Source: Ascoidea asiatica JCM 7603 (lineage: Eukaryota; Fungi; Ascomycota). From it: a stretch of DNA of 64,000 bases. The position numbers and the translations under genes are program-made. The DNA lies in assembly GCA_001600695.1 (NCBI GenBank), contig BCKQ01000001.1, positions 70,423 to 134,422 on the forward strand, read 5' to 3'. This document shows positions 60,101 to 64,000 of this stretch, one piece after another. The notes beneath the pieces were generated by a model. The model had not been told where the DNA came from. It saw only the letters and a list, made by a program, of their open reading frames with translations, and searched no databases. How positions within the stretch are numbered: the stretch's first letter is position 1; every line of letters begins with the position of its first letter.

Positions 60101-63100
60101 ACACAAAAGCAAAAAGCTGAGCTTATACGTTGGCTTCAACAAAAAATTCAATCCCTAGATTTTGGTGGAGATGATGCATTAACTTTAAATATTTTATTAA
60201 TTCTTTTAAATAATGATGGAAACGTTGACTCCCAACTATTCATCAAATCAATTTGCAACATTTTGAATCCGAAAGTAGAAATATCATTTGATTCAGGGGC
60301 TCTTTTAAACTCTATGAGATCTAGATCATCAACAATCGGTACTGCTTCTGGGTTTAGAGTAAGTTCCAGCTCAATTTTGGAGCTACTTGAAAAGGGAGAG
60401 AAGTCGGCAGCTTTGGCTAAATGTATTAATGAAAAAGATTGGTCTCTAGCCTTACTTTTAGCAAACACCGTTTGTCCTGAGAAATATTCAATGGTTGTTG
60501 ATCAGTATATTAATGATTGTTTCAAAACAAAAAGCGACCTTGATAGCAAATTATTATCTTTTTCTCTTCTCATTCTATCAGGAAGAATTAGGGAATCAAT
60601 TGCCTCCATAAACCAGGAAATTGCTTTGAATCATTGGAACAAAATTGTATCCTTAATATTAGTTGATTCTTCTAATTCCGATCTCAAGCGAGATTTTTTG
60701 ATTGCATTTGGCTCTTTTTTTATTGAAAAGGGTTTTCTAAATTTGGCTCATGTCTTTTTCATGATATCGTTAGTCCCTTTCAGCACTATTCCATTACAAA
60801 CAGGTATTGTATTCAATTTAATAGGGTACTCCGGGTTGGGGAAATCGCCTAGATCAACCTGTATGAGTGAAATATATGAGTTTGTTTTGATTCTTGCCTC
60901 GAATAATATGATGAATTCTTCAAGTTTTCTTCATCTTTTACCTTTCAAGCTAGCTCGTGCCCAATATTTAGCTGACTATGGTTATTTAAAGGAAAGTTTA
61001 AAATTGGCTGAGCATTTAAATAACTTTGTAAACACATCCAAAGCTTTCATTCCTCCTATAGTCATTTATGAGCTTAATAGCTTACTTAATAGATTAAAAG
61101 AAACAGAAGACTCCCCTGTATCGTCTGGTTGGTTTGGAAAACCAAAATTAGATAAACTTTTTAATAAATTCATATCAGGAGAAGATGATGACAAGCCAGT
61201 TTCAGCACCTACGGTGTTTTCTCAATTTGATTCTGTTGTTGCTGAAGAAAATAATGTTCCTTCCAATCAAAATATTTCTTCACATCAAAATCATTTTTCA
61301 CCACCAATTTCAAAGAAAAAGTTTTCTCCTAAGAAACGAGAAAGTTTATCTAAATTCAAACAACTTTCCAATCCTCCGACTTTCTATAATGATTCTCCAA
61401 AAACTGTAGAGCTTCATCCTAGATTTTCTACACCCAACTCATTGAATTATAGCTTAATGAATGATATGTATGAATCAGATTCGCAGAAAAAACCGGTTAT
61501 AAATTCAGCCAAGACTGGTATATCTAAATTTTCACCTCCTGCTCAAATCATCAATAAGCAGGGAAACAACTACAAACAAGATAAAACTTTTTCTGTCCAA
61601 AAAAGCAAATATAATACTAGAGAAAATAATTCTTCCAATTTTAGAAGTCCTGATATTTCATCTCACAATACCAATTATGGTAAAGCTACTGACTATAATC
61701 CTGCATCTTCTATCCGTAGCTCTTTGAAATATAAGGCAAATAATGTGGATGGTCCTCAACAACTGACTGAGAGAACGGGGTCAATCTCGGTAGATTTTAA
61801 CAATTTAGCATCAAATCAAAACTCTAAGCCATATCATCCAAAGCAATTTTCACTTCCTGCCCAAGTTGCATTAGCTTCCCAAACATCTCCACCTATTCAT
61901 AATTTTCCAGTTACTCAAGCTACACCATCTGTACATTTTTCACCCCAAAATGCCCAAAGTCCAGAGACTCAATTATTACCGCCAGGATCAGTAATATCAA
62001 ACCCAGCCCCTCCTTCTCCACCACCTCTTGTTTCTAAAGTTGAACCTCTGCAGTCCATTCATAAATTTCCAGAACAAAATACTTATCCAACTTTAAAAAA
62101 TAAGCCATCGATTTCTTCTAAATATTTACCCCCTGCAGCTAACCCATACGCACCTAAAAACCCAGATAATTCAAAAGTAAAAAGTTCATCTCCAGAAACC
62201 ACTAAAATTTCAGTTCAAAATGAATACCCTACTCAAGAGGAATACCCTATCCAAGAGGAATATCCTATACAAGAACAATATCCTATACAAGAAGAATATC
62301 CTTTACAAGAAAAATATCCTGTTCAAGAGGAATACTCTAGTAAGAATGAATACCCTGTTTATGATAACTATGTAAATGAAAACAATTTTCATTCTAGTCC
62401 AGCAGAAAATGAAAAAAGTAGTGTTGAAACACCTCCTACCTTAAATGCATCTCCTACTGAACTGGTTACCAATTCAAGATATATGCCTGCTGCTATTAAT
62501 AGATACGCTCCTCATATTTCTGACCAAGTAGAAGAGCCAATCACATCTCTCGAAACCACCCTTAATTATGGTCTGGAGATTGCTGCTGATAGCCTTTCAT
62601 CGGAACCATTTAATATCATGGATGATGTGATAGATGAAAAAGACCAAGAACAGGAAGATGCTCGAAGAAATGAGCCTCAAACAAAGGGCTGGTTTTCAGG
62701 TTGGTTTGGACCTAAACAAGAGGGCCCAAAAATCTATAAAGCAAAATTAGGTAATGAAAATCAATTTGTTTACGATGAGTTTGAAGGTCGTTGGATTCAA
62801 AAATCAGAAAAGAAAGAGTCGGATGTTAAACTGAATAAAAAATCCGAAAAAGATGATATGGAACCTAAAAAAGGATGGTTTGCATTTCTTTCTAGAGGAA
62901 AAGATAATAAAAAAGAACCAACAGTTTATAAGGCAAAATTAGGAAAAGAAAGTAAATTTCATTATGATGAAAAGTTGAAAAGATGGGTTATGGAAGGTGA
63001 AGAAATAAAAGAAGAAGTAGCTAAACCTCCACCTCCTCCAATGAAAAAGATGCCTATGAAACAACCAAGATTACCTCCAAAACAACCAATTAAATCCCCT

Positions 63101-63559
63101 CCAAAGGAAATCAAAAATATGAATAGTCCCTCGACTAGTAGTGTTGATGTAAATAAAGTAGACGATACCATTGCTGTTGAGGAGAAGGATGTTAAAGATC
63201 CAATAGATCCAGAAACAGAAAATAAAAAGAAAACCCCATCAATATCAAATGGTTTAAGTACTCCTGTTCCAAGCATTAATACTCCCCCAGTAACTCAAAG
63301 TCCATCACCATCTATCAATGGAGCTGTTGTTATACCTGCTTCAAAAACTGAGTCTAGTGGATTTTCCTTGGTGGATGTTGCAAATGGAAAAGCTCCAACT
63401 AGAAGTAGACGTACAGGTAGGTCTAAAGCTGGTAAAAAAACACAAGTTGACATGTCTCTTTTAGATTTAGTTTCAGGAACATCTACAGTGGGTAAAACTA
63501 CACGTAAATCTAAAACTCATAGAGGACATAAACCTCCAATGCCTCCAAAAACAGATTAA
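57161..63559 (+). CDS. SEC16: COPII coat assembly / ER exit site protein Sec16
   Basis: A 2132-aa, largely disordered protein with SFFEELP, a central helical domain (DWSLALLLA, SEIYEF, HLLPFKLARAQYLADYG, SGWFGKPKLDK) and a C-terminal KAKLG...YDEKLKRWV followed by a proline-rich tract. Confidence 0.85.
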   Translation: MSASVKSQSDSSLVSLSKQNDNLVTVNSSEDKLVDIDDQLINENIIDKMPIDKAPIDNVPIDNPIIGETLSDYISMDNNLEKVNSINNQLTEDKSNDSEIYDDKSVVEINSTPDIPINDKKNISSDVIIIDSSNDNVDLIDMKSDHDSNESNLVESAKTESINKKLIDIHLIDNQSFDNETFDNQLVENKSMDGKSEDDKSINNKLLEDNSIDKNSIDNKSIENISMDNNSMDNEQINNIFQTDNNSIDDLFGKNDSFDDDIFGKTNSLNDDIFGQINNSIPTTIPSDTNPLINNSSNLSNNLSNNLSNNFSNDFSKNNGNDNNSNPFNDNDNNPFNNNEDENDYNPFNNDSINNDLNFQNLLDNESINTKSSDNDSIDMKVTDNNSDLITSPISLNLTNNIDNDINNNNDNNNKNKNISENKKMDLTLSLAFLENLDEEEEEDDEEDDDDGNDQENKGAIEQPQKSTDLSKSLAFLDDIDDESEDEEPSEVLQIDKSQLNQNQNLQQKYSPNYNQINNQTSPILPVKPQFNIQKNIQNNIQNNNFNDNTNGYDFLNKKKSFNTLNRSRSSTLNKLPPTVSKKKSFFEELPILIPEKAFRKPKSHSRLPIMNQSHPPNMNSHMNLPPQMNPSQMNPPQMNSLPMNPQMNPQMNQLPISQQFPTLPSKYNPPVPNSTSQVPLNYNGSQFPPLQQNFNSQNFNLASQMPMNTNTQILSAQMSIPNLYQPPPTTLNSQQFSQTPVISQYNPVSQINHPQFSSNVNSSSVNPPQNTKRSKYKPPEPSLDPNGSINQYSSLVQNAPPKVLPFNSNGPIPQAIPQGTSISPQLGFGFNPPVSQPISQGNTILPQLGFGLNGSLKTTEKYSSKKIANLHLNVQDPSLFKGKNNSPYTPVTPYMSDKPPVRRKSNRESILASPDSYSLHLTYQIPIFKWNSNKILHVIPTNDHFIQNKIELKTIQSIFKSDPLIESFPIINFTQNLTKTQKQKAELIRWLQQKIQSLDFGGDDALTLNILLILLNNDGNVDSQLFIKSICNILNPKVEISFDSGALLNSMRSRSSTIGTASGFRVSSSSILELLEKGEKSAALAKCINEKDWSLALLLANTVCPEKYSMVVDQYINDCFKTKSDLDSKLLSFSLLILSGRIRESIASINQEIALNHWNKIVSLILVDSSNSDLKRDFLIAFGSFFIEKGFLNLAHVFFMISLVPFSTIPLQTGIVFNLIGYSGLGKSPRSTCMSEIYEFVLILASNNMMNSSSFLHLLPFKLARAQYLADYGYLKESLKLAEHLNNFVNTSKAFIPPIVIYELNSLLNRLKETEDSPVSSGWFGKPKLDKLFNKFISGEDDDKPVSAPTVFSQFDSVVAEENNVPSNQNISSHQNHFSPPISKKKFSPKKRESLSKFKQLSNPPTFYNDSPKTVELHPRFSTPNSLNYSLMNDMYESDSQKKPVINSAKTGISKFSPPAQIINKQGNNYKQDKTFSVQKSKYNTRENNSSNFRSPDISSHNTNYGKATDYNPASSIRSSLKYKANNVDGPQQLTERTGSISVDFNNLASNQNSKPYHPKQFSLPAQVALASQTSPPIHNFPVTQATPSVHFSPQNAQSPETQLLPPGSVISNPAPPSPPPLVSKVEPLQSIHKFPEQNTYPTLKNKPSISSKYLPPAANPYAPKNPDNSKVKSSSPETTKISVQNEYPTQEEYPIQEEYPIQEQYPIQEEYPLQEKYPVQEEYSSKNEYPVYDNYVNENNFHSSPAENEKSSVETPPTLNASPTELVTNSRYMPAAINRYAPHISDQVEEPITSLETTLNYGLEIAADSLSSEPFNIMDDVIDEKDQEQEDARRNEPQTKGWFSGWFGPKQEGPKIYKAKLGNENQFVYDEFEGRWIQKSEKKESDVKLNKKSEKDDMEPKKGWFAFLSRGKDNKKEPTVYKAKLGKESKFHYDEKLKRWVMEGEEIKEEVAKPPPPPMKKMPMKQPRLPPKQPIKSPPKEIKNMNSPSTSSVDVNKVDDTIAVEEKDVKDPIDPETENKKKTPSISNGLSTPVPSINTPPVTQSPSPSINGAVVIPASKTESSGFSLVDVANGKAPTRSRRTGRSKAGKKTQVDMSLLDLVSGTSTVGKTTRKSKTHRGHKPPMPPKTD

Positions 63560-64000
63560 AATTAATGAATCGTATTGTTGCATTTATTTTTTAGATTTTT
63601 TTTATAATTTTATGTTTTCCTATTGTTATCTGTGATTATTTTTATTTAGGATCTTTTTTTTGAAAAATTTAACAAACTCATTTGTTAATTCAATTCTTTT
63701 GCTTTTTTTTTTAATTGCTTTTTTTGTTTTTTATATAAAGTTTTGTGTTTTTGAACATAGTAAATACGCTGTATTATTTTATAAAAGTAATTTAAAGTTT
63801 CTTTCAAAATGGATTAAAATAAATTCTATTAAAGAATAAAAGTTAAAAGAGAATTGGAGGAAAATAACCAATGAGAAAAATAGAAAAAGAGAATGAAGAA
63901 GAGCAGGAAAGTAACAAAAATAAAAGATGATTTTGAATTCTAATGTATAGGAAGTTAAGAAAAAGAAAAAGAAGAAAAAAAAGAAAAAGAAGAAAAAAAA

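Overview
Very AT-rich, intron-poor eukaryotic DNA typical of a budding yeast (Saccharomycotina). The Asn-rich proteins and base composition are suggestive of Ascoidea-like yeasts, but that assignment is inference only. Recognisable genes are a HAA1/CUP2-like copper-fist transcription factor, an ASI1/3-like RING ligase, an aldehyde dehydrogenase, RAD54, an ATF/SLI1-family acetyltransferase, a KTR (GT15) and an MNN2-like (GT71) mannosyltransferase, RPC37, DBP7, a spliced TOA1 that the ORF track only partly calls, HAP2, a Gfo/Idh/MocA oxidoreductase, a GH17 SCW4-like glucanase, a DHA2 MFS transporter, SEC16 and tRNA-Asp(GTC). There are also several orphan ORFs. The most unusual part is the gene-poor 44.4-52.4 kb region. 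It holds two related ~0.5 kb cassettes bounded by inverted repeats, each with a GTCACGTG site at an identical offset, five perfect GTCACGTG sites in total, an extremely AT-rich orphan ORF between the cassettes, a stop-interrupted GPI/yapsin-like gene and a decayed tRNA-Gly. Other highlights are two QVDG (Taspase1-type) motifs in Toa1, a small Cys-rich orphan protein and GC-rich, hairpin-rich promoter islands.
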